Under the pieces are notes generated by a model that was not told where the DNA came from, searched no databases, and saw only the letters and a program-made list of their open reading frames with translations. A program made the translations under genes and the position numbers. A stretch of 64,000 nt of DNA from contig JAQFVV010000005.1 of assembly GCA_028023455.1 (NCBI GenBank), positions 10,788,001 through 10,852,000 on the forward strand, given 5' to 3'. This document shows, piece by piece, positions 49,789 through 62,487 of the stretch (position 1 is its first letter; every line of letters starts with the position of its first letter). This DNA comes from Epiperipatus broadwayi (taxonomy: Eukaryota > Animalia > Onychophora).

Positions 49789-51360
49789 AACATGAACTGA
49801 TTTATATATATATGAATACTAAGATGTTTTATTCTTACATTGTTTTATGTTATATAATTATGGCTGTTATATGCTTTTATGACAAAATCATTGTTTTATT
49901 AAATGTTTTCAATATAAAATTTTAAAATGAATAAGAATGAAACCACATCAATATCACTGTTAATGTTTTTGTTTAACATACATGCATATGTATAGCTGTT
50001 ATAAACACTAGAACACATCTCTATTATTCAAATTTCTAAATTTAATTAGTCACTTAAGTAGTGACTATACTCTTTTGAATAAGGTATTATCATCAATAGT
50101 TTGTACAAAAATATGCAAATTAATATTTTAAGTTATGATAATTTTATCAATAAGTTGTGATAAACATTCTGTAAAATAAATTAATATTAAATTAAACCAA
50201 ATAAGTTGTACAATTTGTAAAGTATTTGTAAATATGATTTGTCATATATTTAAGATATAATCTCAAGTCATTTATTTTGTTGTTAATAAATTTTTTATTA
50301 CTAATTTAATGTTTGTGTCACTATGATAATTAGGTTAAGTATCCAGGGTAATTTTAAAATAGATCATGTTCCCCCAAAATTTGGTCGGGCTTATTAAATA
50401 CTTTTTATGGAGATAGTCAACTCAAGGATGGAAGAAGATAAAAAAACAAAATGGGTAAATGAAATATGAAACCCAAAAATTTAAGATGAAATTGGTTTTA
50501 TTTTTCTTAAATTACTATCAGCTGAATTATTTTGTTTAAAAATTATATGCATGTTAAGTATGTAATTCCAAATTCAGGGCTGATTTAGTAGTATCATAAA
50601 GATCAGGTATATTAATATACTAAAATATTATGGATATTAGATTTGAAAACAAAAGTGAATTAAACAATACCTTGTGATAATTATTTTATCAAATTGTGAA
50701 GTTACATGAACAAAGTGTTAATTCATTTGTCTATATAAGTAGGAGTCTAGCCAAAGACATAACCCTTATCTGACCAAGTACTCCTAATAATATTTATCTA
50801 AAGCAGCTAATCAATTCATAGTAATATACATTTTAACAATAATGATAATATGTTAAAATAACTAACAAATCAATTCTCACAAAACAAATTCTACTCTTTA
50901 GCTACTTAATGAACCATTGCTGTTTTTTTCAATATACAGTGCAATTAGTGTGCCTAAGTTGATTGGCTGATTACTTTAGCATGATATTACTGTAATTGTA
51001 AGTTACTAGTGATGATTGGCTAAATTAATTAAATATTATTAGGAGTAGTTAATTTATAATTACTTTCAGTTGAGCAATATCTACATTTGATTTATATATA
51101 CGAAATAAAACTTTCTTTGTAGAATTGTTGTTTTTTTTTTCTTAAATGTTTATCAAATATTTTAAACAAATCTTCATACATGAAAATTATTATGTTAAAC
51201 TACAAAAAAAAAAAATACGTAAATAAAATTTATATATAGAAAATTTCAGGTAAAAAAAATACTTTCATTTCCATTACTTATTAAGACAGAATATATTCCG
51301 AAGCAGTATTAAAATTACATCAGCAGAACATCCTGTAGATGACATTTACCCAGAAAACAA

Positions 51361-54300
51361 AATTTCAAAAAAAAAAAGAATTTTCTAAATAAATGATTAT
51401 TTATAAATTTATATAGCAATGAACAAATAAAAAGAATTGAATAGGTAAATAATTGTTAGAAGTTGAATAAAAATATAAATTAAAATAAAAAGTGAGTAAT
51501 AGCTAAGATAACACAAACAGGAGAACATGTGAAGAATTTTAAGATAACAAAATTGTTGAATTAACAATCAGTTGATTAATAAAATAAAAATGAAGAAAAT
51601 GATAAAAAATAATAATTTCTAAATTAGATGAGAGTATGGGAAGAAATCTAAACAGGAAAGACCTGACAGATAAAATATGATTACAAAAATAATGTAATAA
51701 AATAGAAAACTTTCAAAGATATGCTTGATTTAGTTTAAAGTAGACAAAATTTGGAGCAACAAAAGGCTTATACTTAAAAAATACCAACAGAAATAATAAA
51801 TGTCAAAATACTAATTACAGAAGGCAAAGATAATGATTAATGGGAAGATTATCTATACAATTTGTATGATAGAAATAGTAAGCTTAGATCACTTTTAATA
51901 TGAAATAAATAAAGTTGAAACCAATTATGCAATGATAAAAAAATCTTTAATTGACACAAATTTAACAAACTGTGCAGAGGATTGACAAATTCCTTTAATA
52001 ATATTGAAAGTTGGGGCTATAAAAAAGTCCTTGTTGTATAATTTTTAAATCTAAAAGCTCTCCATTAAACTTTTTCACCATTTATTATACTTGTAAAAAA
52101 AAATTCAAGTTTATGTGTACATTAAGTTCCTTTATATTACAATGGTCAGGTACGAAGAGACTCTTACATTATAATTTTGCCACCAGGGCCCATCAGGCCA
52201 ATTAAACCTGAAAATTTATATAGGCCAGCAGGTACTTACAGCAAAATCCAGAATTTAAATAAATATGACCGAAATGCCCTAGTCACTAGTTCGTAGAGCA
52301 GCAGAGATAATATATATTTTCTTTTTAAAGAAAGATAACAAAAAATAAGAATAAGCCACTGCCATATTGAAAATACACAAAACATTTATTTTATACTTAT
52401 ATAAAATTCAGAATTATTTATTTTAGTATTATGTTTACTTTAGAATTTGATTTAATTTCAATCTTAACTTTTTATTTTAGAAGTTCGCACAGATGGATTA
52501 ATTAATATTTTATTCATATCGAGTATGGATAGACTACGTAGATTGCACTCGAAAAAGAAAATATTCTATATCTCTTATTTAACCCCAGGTCAAAAGTTCG
52601 CAATCAAATTAACGCCAATCTATCTGATATATCGATGTATTCAATGCAGCATGAATATGATGGCACAATACCGTACTGTCAGAAATGTATTTCTGAACAG
52701 TGTAGTTATTTAAAAGAACTGTCCCTCATCCAGTACAGGAATACTTTGTCATCTAGAAAAGTTTTAAAGTAAGATATGTTAGCTTCAAAAAATACACAAG
52801 AGATTATGCTGTCCTATCTTAGGGATTCTTCTATTGTTCAAATTTTTAGAAATAAAGAAAATAGTCAAGATTGCAGTAATTATTGTGGATAATTATTATC
52901 TACTACAGTAAAGTTACTTTCAAAGTTTTTCCTGAATAAGTTACTTCCAGTCTTGGATGAATGAATAGAAGAGACTCATTTTATAAAATCAAGCACTATT
53001 GACACGGTTTTTCTTGCTATGCAAATATTAAAAAAATGCTGAAAACAAAAGTAATTTATATACTGATTTTATATATGCTTAAAATATGCCCTATAAAAAA
53101 AATGTTAATAAAGATATATCAGTCTTTTATATAACACCCTATGAAGAAATAGAGATAGAGTAGAAAATGATCATAAATAATAATATTTGAGTACATATCC
53201 AATTTTATTTTAATCTACAGCTAAATGTTTGAAAGAAATTGGTTCTCCACCAAAGTTTATATAACTTAGATAACATTTACATACTGGATTAAGACAAAAT
53301 ATTATTACTACAGGAATAAAATTTTAATGAAAAATGGTATTAAACAAGAATGTGCATATGCTCCAAAATTGTTTTTAATTTTTATAACAGTTGACTATAA
53401 TTGAATATATAGAACGTAAATTATATGTTCATGTATATTTATATTCATGTGTTTGTATTATGTATTGGTAATCAAAACTGTAAAAGAGGGTGGTAAGTAA
53501 AGCATTGTGTAAGAGTAGTAAAGTGCACACATGATTTCATATTATATGATATTGACTGTAATTGGGTGGCCTTAAGAAATGAAGATTAAGTTAGGTTTGA
53601 TGGTAGAATTTGTAATTTGAATTGATTAAAATCAAAAAACAAGAACTTTGCCCTTTTGGTTTTTGGATATACAATATACTGATGACTTTAATTTTTTTCC
53701 AGTTCAAAAGATGATTTGCAGAATGTATTTAATATTTTGAATACAACAATAAAGACTGGTTTAATGATTAATGTTCAAAAAACTAAAGTTCTTTATCAGC
53801 AAGTGACAGAAGAAAAATCCTCAGCAACTTTTAGTTTGAATAGTTATCAATTTGAAATTGTAAGTCAATTTAAATACTTTGATAGTTTTAAAAAGGTGGT
53901 CTTAGATCTTGAGATGCAGCATAAAATTTAATATCCTGCTACTACTTGCAGTAAATAAAAGCATAGTGTTTCACCACAGGGAAATAATACTGCAATTAAA
54001 TTAGCTACATATATTCATTATTTTATCTACTTTACTGTATGGTAATAAAATGTGGACATTCTATTGATTCAATATAAAGGCATTAGAAATGTTTCATTTC
54101 AGGATGCTCTGTAAAATTTTAAAAATACACTGACAATATTATATGACCAATCAATATATTTTTCAACTTATTGCATATAATATTCAAGTCCACTTTGATA
54201 TCATACCTTCATTGGATTGTACACATAAAATGAATAAACAATACATGACTTCAGAAAAGGATTATTTATGGTAAAGTTAAGCATGGTTTTTATGGGAGAG

Positions 54301-54450
54301 GTATACTCTTTACATTATATGGATTATTTGAAAGCTAAAGAAATGCAATGTTGATTGGAAGATATGACAGAGAGTACAATGCATTGGACAATTACAATTA
54401 GATATAATCTTGAAGTACTTCAGAAAGAAAGGTTTTCCAGACATTAAAAA
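51361..54450 (+). mobile_element. Decayed RTE-like LINE, interrupted at about 52135-52790
   Basis: Ordered remnants: WEDYLYNLYD, NK.AG.D.IPLIILKVG, DSSIVQIF..DCSNYCG, GIKQECAYAPKLF, YTDD, GLMINVQKTKVL, FEIVSQFKYFDS, LLYGNKMWT. Confidence 0.75.
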
Positions 54451-54871
54451 GTAGCATCACAAAATATCAAATAAACAGAATAATTTGCAAACATATTCTA
54501 TAAGTTAATATATTTATGATTTATACAATGGTTTGCATCGTCTATGGAAAACTCATGTCTAATGTAGAGCTGATTTTTATCATTTTGTTTTAGAGTTGAA
54601 GTGGCAATACTCATTTGTGAATGGCTTCTGTTAATGATGATGTTTTCTTAATTTTTTTTCATATATAGCAAAACTTGCCCAGATAAAGCTCTCAACAAGC
54701 AAATAAATATTTTCTATTCCTGAGTTCAGTTTAATTAATAAGATGTCCTCTTGGAGTTTATATTAAATCCACTATATTAAAAGTTAATCACTTTTAATCC
54801 AGATATTTTTCCAATTTGCATAACATCTTTATATCTATAATAGATGTGCACATACAAATTGATCAAACATG

Positions 54872-55637
54872 TAAAGGAACTTAATGTACACATAAACTTG
54901 AATTTTTTTTACAATAATAATAAATGGTGAAAAAGTTTAATGGTGAGCTTTTAAATTTAAAAATTAACCAACAAGGACTTTTTTTATAGCCCAACTTTCA
55001 ATATTATTAAAGAAATTTCTCAATCCTCTGCACTGTTTGTTAAATTTCTGTCAATTAAAGATTTTGTTTTTTATCATTTCATAATTTGTTTCAACTTTAT
55101 TTATTTCATTTTAAAAGTGATCTAAGCTTACTATTTCTATCATACAAGTTGTATAATCTTCCTATTAATCATTACATTTGCCTTTTGTAATAGAATTTTG
55201 ACACTTATTATTTCAGTTGGTATTTTTTAAGTATAAGCCTTTTGTTGCTCCAAATTTTGTCTACTTTAAACTAAATCAAGTATATCTTTGAAATTTTTTT
55301 ATTTTATTACATTATTTTTGTAATCATATTTTATCTGTCAAGTCTTTCCTGTTTAGATTTCTTTTCATACTCTCATTTAATTTAGAAATTTTTTTTTTTA
55401 TCATTTTCTTCATTTTTATTTTATTAATCAACTGATTGTTAATTCAATAATTTTGTTGTCTTAAAATTCACATGTTCTCCTGTTTGTGTTATCCAAACTA
55501 TTATTCACTTTTTATTTCAATTTGTATTTTTATTCAACTTCTAACAATTATTTACCTATTCAATTCTTTTTATTTGTTCATTGCTGTATAATTTATAAAT
55601 AAACATTTATTTAGAAAATTCTCATATTTTTGAAATT
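54872..55637 (-). repeat. About 770-bp inverted duplicate of 51361-52134
   Basis: Continuous reverse-complement alignment, roughly 90% identity by eye; 2.7-kb spacer. Confidence 0.92.
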
Positions 55638-56085
55638 GTGTGTGAGTTAATTTATGATAATAGTAAGGAAAGTAGTTTACTGTTTAAGGCTCGAATGGGA
55701 TCTTTAGCAACAAGGGCATATACACATAAATGGAAAACTATGGGTGACGTAATCTGCAAGTTGTGTAAGATAAGGCATAGAAAATATTAGGCATCTGTTA
55801 ATTGAATATAAATGTCTGAAAGCCGAAAGAGTACAAATAATGAAGTTGTGGAAGAATAAATATAAACAAAGTGATTAGTTGGGAAAAGATAAGGGGGTAT
55901 TAGATATAAAAGTCATGGAGTTGACAAAGATTATGTTATGGAAATGGGATGGAGCAGGATAGAGAAGAATATGAGAAAACTTGGGGTGGTGAATGGAAAG
56001 ATAATTTAAAGTGGCTAACAGGTTTCTTTGGGCATAATTGCTGAGAGATTCCTGACACTGACAAAGGAGAAATCACAGTGCATCA
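55638..56085 (+). mobile_element. 5'-truncated LINE 3' end, copy 1
   Basis: Direct repeat of 62488-62954; encodes a frameshifted CKLC...HLL..(C) motif; ends cacagtgcatca followed by (ta)n. Confidence 0.75.
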
Positions 56086-56681
56086 TATATATATATCTTG
56101 AGAAGGTCCGAATATCGGATGAAAACCGGTTTGATTAAAATATTTATATTAAAGAAATTGTTTATTTCAATTAAGTATAATTGATATATAAGAAAACAAA
56201 TTGAGACACTAGAAGATACAACTGATAATTTAGATACAGCTACTACTCTGATTTTATATAAAGATATTAAAATGGAGCTTTCTACAAATACGGACATAGA
56301 ACTAACATATAATTTCAATTCAAAATGATGTTATAGAGTAAATGGTGATATTCAGCATGAAAAGAAGAAAATACAAAGGAGCTCTCAAAAAAAATTAACT
56401 TTAGTGAAACATGCCAGAGAAAAATGGATGTCAAAAAAAGTTAAAAAATTATTTTTATAAAAAAAAATTATTTATTTCTAGAGTGAAGGGGAGGTATTGG
56501 TATGTATCCACTAGTAATGTATTTATTAATAAATATATATATATATTGTAACAGTCATTCAATCTATCTTTGATCACAGAGGGTGCATATCTGGAAAATT
56601 TGTTTACCATGAACAAAAATGGATGCTGATGATGGTTTGCACTGATTAGACTCAGGGAGATAGCAAGAGCTCGTGAATATA

Positions 56682-56744
56682 TTTTTTTTCTCATGTGTCG
56701 TAGCATCAGCCGGGATGCGAAGTCGCTAATCCATACAACTGCTT
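56682..56744 (-). mobile_element. Truncated tRNA-derived SINE copy
   Basis: T run plus catgtgtcgtagcatcagccgggatgcgaa, aligning with 59152-59200. Confidence 0.55.
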
Positions 56745-59151
56745 ATATTTTGTTCAGACAATTGAGAAAAAAAACACATAGACAAATGTCAGCAAAATAA
56801 TTTAAACTAATTTGAAATTTTATTAAGATTAATATAAAATTTTAAAGTAGAGCTTTACACATAATAAATATAGTTATATCAGATGTGGACTAGCACGAAG
56901 AAGATGTCAATGCTCTGGCCGACAGACTAATTTTCTAATAGTGAATTAAGAAAAAATCAATTCAGGTTTCCTTATTCAAAAGTTCTAAAATGAAAAGCGA
57001 ATGAAAGTTTCTTGAACGAATTAGCACGGGTGAGAGATCACTACTAGCTTATTGACTAATGATGTCATAATATCCGCAGAACTGTTGCATGGACCAATCA
57101 CATTTAAGATTGCCATGGTTGATTACAATGCAAGAACACTAAAATGGTAAGTGAATACAATGGAGTATGAATTATAGAATAAAAAAAAACTTAAATCTCA
57201 AATTTAAAGAAATAGAAAACTTAAAAAATACTCCATCCTAAATGATTTAAAATTGATAAAACATTAATTCTCTGATTTAATGAAAACAGACATAAAATAT
57301 GGGTGAAGCACCAACCAAACGACTGGCCACAACTAAGCAGAGTACAATAATTAAGACTTAATAGGAGACAGGTAAGTAATTAAAAAACCATTTATGTCTG
57401 CCCAAGCATTTACCAAGAAAGTGAAATAATTAGAATTACAAATAACTTTACAAACTAAATTCTATCTTTTTCTCATTTAAGTGGATATGTGTAACAGTTG
57501 CTTGGAGTGAAGTGAAGGACGACTATAGACTAAAAAAGCCTAAGTTCAAATACTTATACTTACATATATAAGAAACATTCAATATATGCAATATATATAT
57601 ATATATGTCTACAAAACTGGTTAACACAAGCAGTGCTGAGTTACTCTAAAAATAATTATATGCAGAAAGTACAATTAAACTACATATTTTAATTTGCATA
57701 TCCATAATGTCTAATAATATGCAAATTAACCAAATGAAAATAATTGACTGCAGAACATGGTAATGAAGAAATAGTTGAACAACTAAAGTGAAAAGCAGGT
57801 TACTGAAAACTAAGAGTAGAATGAAAGATGATAGTGCAAATACAGACGAATTACGGTAGACGAAAGAGATCCAGTCCAATTCAATTAGACTGTCTCAAGG
57901 ATGTAAGTGAACAGCAGGGTGCTTACTGAATTGTTAATGAATGACCGTTTGAAATTACGGGAGTTAAACGATAAACGTGAAGTATATGGATAATTTTTAA
58001 CACAAGGACTTTTAATAAATCATGGAAATGGAGTTTAGCTCTTTATTTATAGATATATGAACTGTTCTGTGATTAATATTATTTATTGCTGTTTCAATTA
58101 GCCTGTCGCCAGTTGAACTACTTACTAATTATTGTTACTAACTTATATACTATTATGAATAAATAAAATCATTTCAGTTATTAAAAACATTTAGTATCCG
58201 TTGATTATTCTTAGTGACATATAAAAATATTATTTACTCATTTCTTAGCGGTAACAGGTAATTATTTCTGTTTGGATTTAATAGAAAGTAGTGTAAAAGA
58301 AAGTAAACAAATTGAAATACTGTATTGAATGTAAGAAGAGAAAAAGACGAGTTGTTTCATTGATAAAAGCAATTTATCGAAAGTTGTATGTTCTAGAATT
58401 TTTACGAGATTTATCAAAATTTTGTTTACTCTAATCCAGGGTCATTTTTTTTCTGGAAGTAATATTACTAAGCTTATAAATTTTTAGTTTGACAAAATAA
58501 GCAATCAAAATAATAGTTAAAAGAATTCGATTTAATTTTAACCAAACACATGTTGTAAAAAGCTAGTCAAGAATTATGAATTATTTTCTGACTAACAAAT
58601 AAAATAACTTGTTATATATAAACAAATTATTGCAAGATGAAATAAAAAATAATAATGAGCACTTTCATTGTTAATAAAAAGGTAATTTTTTTTATCTTCA
58701 AAACAACGTCACCCATTAGTCAAAAGGGGTCACCACATGTGCCTAAAGTATGAGTTTTATTTAACTCAAGACTTAGCGTCGAATTATTGAGTTAGGTTAG
58801 TTATTGTACTTTTAGTACCGAATATGTGTTTTACAGAAATCAACTTGAATTTAAAATACATGCTTTTAAAAATGCATTATATTATATTGTGATTAAAATT
58901 TGTTTATAATGCCATATTTCAATATTTTGAATAAAATTAGTTTAGCTATGGTTTTTCCATCTTGAGTATTTCTAAATTTGAGACTAGAATAAATCACTAT
59001 TGAGAGAATGACAAAAAGTGTTCAATTATGACTAAAAATTGTCAATAATTATATTATTATTTAACCTTAAATTCATATAAACGGTGTATTTGAAAAATAA
59101 TTGAATGTTTATTTTTAAGTGCTTTTTTGTAGTGTATATTTCAATTAAGTC

Positions 59152-59276
59152 TTTTTTTTTTCATATGTCATAGCATCGGCCGGGACGCGAACCCACACCC
59201 GTCTGTAACCAACTACTTGCTTGCAAGGCGGGTGCGATACTTGCTTGCAAGGCGGGTGCGATGACCTCTCGGCTAA
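59152..59276 (-). mobile_element. Short tRNA-derived SINE
   Basis: A-box-like tagccgagagg (59265-75), B-box-like ggttcgcgtcc (59183-93), CT-TGC-AA loop, poly(A) tail, internal exact 24-bp tandem duplication (59214-59261). Confidence 0.7.
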
Positions 59277-60199
59277 CAATGTTTTATCGAAAGAAATTTT
59301 AATATGAAAAACTTTCGCCATTACGTCAACATGTCGACCCTTACAACAATAAGAGCAAGAATATAAATCTGTAAAGAAAATTTTGCTGGCTAGACATCGC
59401 TGTAGCAAATGTAAGATGGAATTTGATAAATTAAGAGTTTTTTCAAAATAAGCTATATATGGATAACTTCCAAATTCTATTTGTATTTTCAGTGTACTAT
59501 GGTGTTACGTAAGGGATAAAATCCTACGTAGTGAGGTGGTGGCGGGGAATAGTTTTTTTTTTTTTAATAGTAGATAAAACTGATCATTTTTTTTATTGTA
59601 CTTATTATAAAAAGTTACTTAATTTTCGTATCTCAATTCTGTACATGCTAACGTAATTTATCTTGATTTTGAAATTGAAACCGAAGTAATTACTACTGTC
59701 ATTTCAATAAACTATTCTTGACCAAGAGTCAAACGGCATAAAAAAGACTGGAAAAATACCACCCATTCTTTTAGCTCTATTTGTAATTAAGGTTAGTTTT
59801 TTGACGTTATAAATCAAAGAATGAAATCTACACAGTTCGACTTATGTGCAGAAAATGCTCTGAAATTACAACATATTTATGTTGATCTATTGCTTAAATT
59901 AATTTACAAACGAACATTTCGTTTTGTAACATGTAATCCTATTTTTAAAGGAATTAATCTTTTAGAACAACAAATGAAAAATAGCAGTGTTAGCAATTTT
60001 TATTATAGATTTGAAATTCTATTATACAAAAGATAGGAAGTAAACAGGCTGGGTATTTGAAATCTCGAAAATCGGGCATATTAAAGGGAAATATTGGATG
60101 TAACGTTCCGATACTTAATAAGTATTCGATATTTGAAAACTAAATAATGGTATTAACCTATTGATGTACTTTTGAAAAATAATTTAATGTTAATGCAAA

Positions 60200-60600
60200 A
60201 AAAAAATATTTTTAAAAGCTGGATTGATAAGAGTATTTGGAAATGTTAATTTATAAGATGATAAAGATTGCTTTATATAAAAAAGATGTAAATGGGATCT
60301 AAGAGTAAAAAAGGTTTGTTTTTGCCTTATTCAATTATTGCTGATAGAAGAAGAGATGTAATAATTAGAAAAAAGAATGTTAACTGATATCTGCTATACT
60401 ATGTTTATTGTATCCCTGTTAGGAAAAAAAAAGAAAATAATAAATGATGTATATAAGGATAGGAAACTGATAGGGTGATTGGAGGACTGGATTGTGTGTT
60501 TGAAAGAAATGATGTAATAGTAATAGAGCTTTTTACAAGATTTGGTAAAAAAAAAAAAACATTTGAATAAGGTTGTAGTTCTAATTTGCTTTTGTCAGGA
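60200..60600 (+). mobile_element. Possible LINE RT remnant
   Basis: Loose WK...I..LYKK and QDLVK..FE.V (DLxKAFDxV-like) remnants. Confidence 0.28.
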
Positions 60601-61404
60601 TCAGAAAGGCTATATACAGTAATTCATTAAGAAATACATTCACATTTATCCATAGATTCATTGAAAGTTCAACGCAGGGATTCAGTATTGCATACTCCTA
60701 GAGAATAAAGCTGGAATTAAAAAAATGGGTTGAAGGATGACAAATCACACAACCTGTGTAAAAGATCATATAGCTAGAAAGTATTTTACAATACTCATTT
60801 TTAGATGGAATGAAAAAAATTTTAAGATGGCTTTCAACACTTAAATACATTCTGAAATGTGTGATTCATACTTCTAAAGTGTAATTCTTCAACATTGAAA
60901 AAGGTGTAGTACCATACCTCAATTGATATTCTGATGGTGATGATCTTTTGTTTTTAACTTTTCTTGATGTTCTGATAGCAAATTTTTTACATTACTTAAA
61001 AGTTATCCTAACTTATTGAAATAAAATGTACTGTAAAGGATTCAAATAACTCAAGTTGGATATTTGATAAAGGATCCAAAAAGTGACATAAGGACTTATT
61101 AAAAAATCACTAGGCCTAAGACAAATCTATAGTTTTAGAAAAATACCTGGATATAAATCCACAGTAAGATTTTTTTTTCTTTTTGATATATAAAATTTCA
61201 TTTTTCTTTTTTTTATATTTGCAAAATATTTTTTATTATTCATTTATTCTTATAACAGATTATTATATATTTTAATTTGATTTATTGGAACACATATATT
61301 TACTTTTTCTTTATCAATGATTCAAAAGCTAAAATGTCATACATTTTTTTTTACATTTTTTCATCTCTTTTATATACTTACACAAGTTGTTAAATTAACA
61401 ACAA

Positions 61405-62430
61405 AAAATTTCACCACACATTAGTGCCATCTGATATAAGCTTTAGTAATCAGTAGATACAAGAAGGTTTTGTAGCTTAATCTCTATCCAGCACCTTCCC
61501 ATCCAATAACCTCAGAATAGTTTCTACTTATGGCTTTCATTAGCAAGATATCTTGGATCTGGAAGAAATGCACCTGGTTCTTTGAATCTAATGCATCTCT
61601 ACAGCATTCACTTTTACTTTTAGGTTAATTATAATGCTATCAGCTCAAGCTGAAACACAATAATGTTTTCAATCTGAGCTAATTTGTCTATATAGTCATA
61701 TAGATCTGAATCCAATTCAGTGTCTATCTATTTTGATGACTGGTTTTTTCTAATAACCATAGTCATCCTTTGTCTGGGATTGGTACTAAACTACTAAAAT
61801 ATCTGGATCTGTATGACTATACAGACAAATTAGCTTATTTTCAATTCTGGATTTTTAGTTTATGAAAAAGATAAAATGTGAGTGCTTGAGTGGTGCATTA
61901 GATTCAAAGATTCAGCTGCATTGCTCACAGATTTAAAGCTCCTTACTGATGAAAACATAAACTACAAAGAAGTCTGGAGATTTAGGGATTATGACACAAA
62001 ACTTTCTAGCATCAGTTGATTATTAGAGCTGTTTGCTGTTTTAATAGCTTGCATGATCATATAGAAAAGATGGTCATGTAATGTTGTAGTGGTTTAATAC
62101 CAATCGTAGTCAAAGAATAGATGTTACTGGTTACTAAAAAACCAAAAATGTCAAAATATATAGATACTAAATTGACTTCAGATCTTTAGCTTGGATTGAA
62201 TGTGTTTTCAATTTGTATAGATATTATAGTTAACCAAAAAAGTAAAAGATGAGTGCTGAGGAGATGCATAAGATTAAAAGAACTACATGCTCAGCGCTCA
62301 GATCTAAGGTTCCACTGGTGAAAGCCATAATCTAGAAATTAAGATTTTGAATGGGAAAGCACTGAATAAACTTTATTGTATCTATTAGTTACTAAAGCAT
62401 ATATTAGGTGGCATTGTGTTGTAAATTTTT
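61405..62430. mobile_element. Cluster of three family B pLTR-like copies (one minus, two plus) with decayed hammerheads
   Basis: About 61405-61720 (-), 61795-62070 (+), 62130-62430 (+) align with each other and with 43577-43740. Cores: CTAATGA..GAAActatTC (61509-49, -), CTGATGA..GTC (61946-74), CTGGTGA..GAAA (62315-38). Confidence 0.85.
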
Positions 62431-62487
62431 GCTACTAGTATGGAAAGTAAAAAGAGTTTAAATATATATAGAAGTAAATGGAACATT

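Noticed and set aside
59152-59276. Functional tRNA-Ala(TGC) gene
   Set aside because: Poor cloverleaf, internal 24-bp duplication, poly(A) tail and diverged sister copies indicate a SINE.
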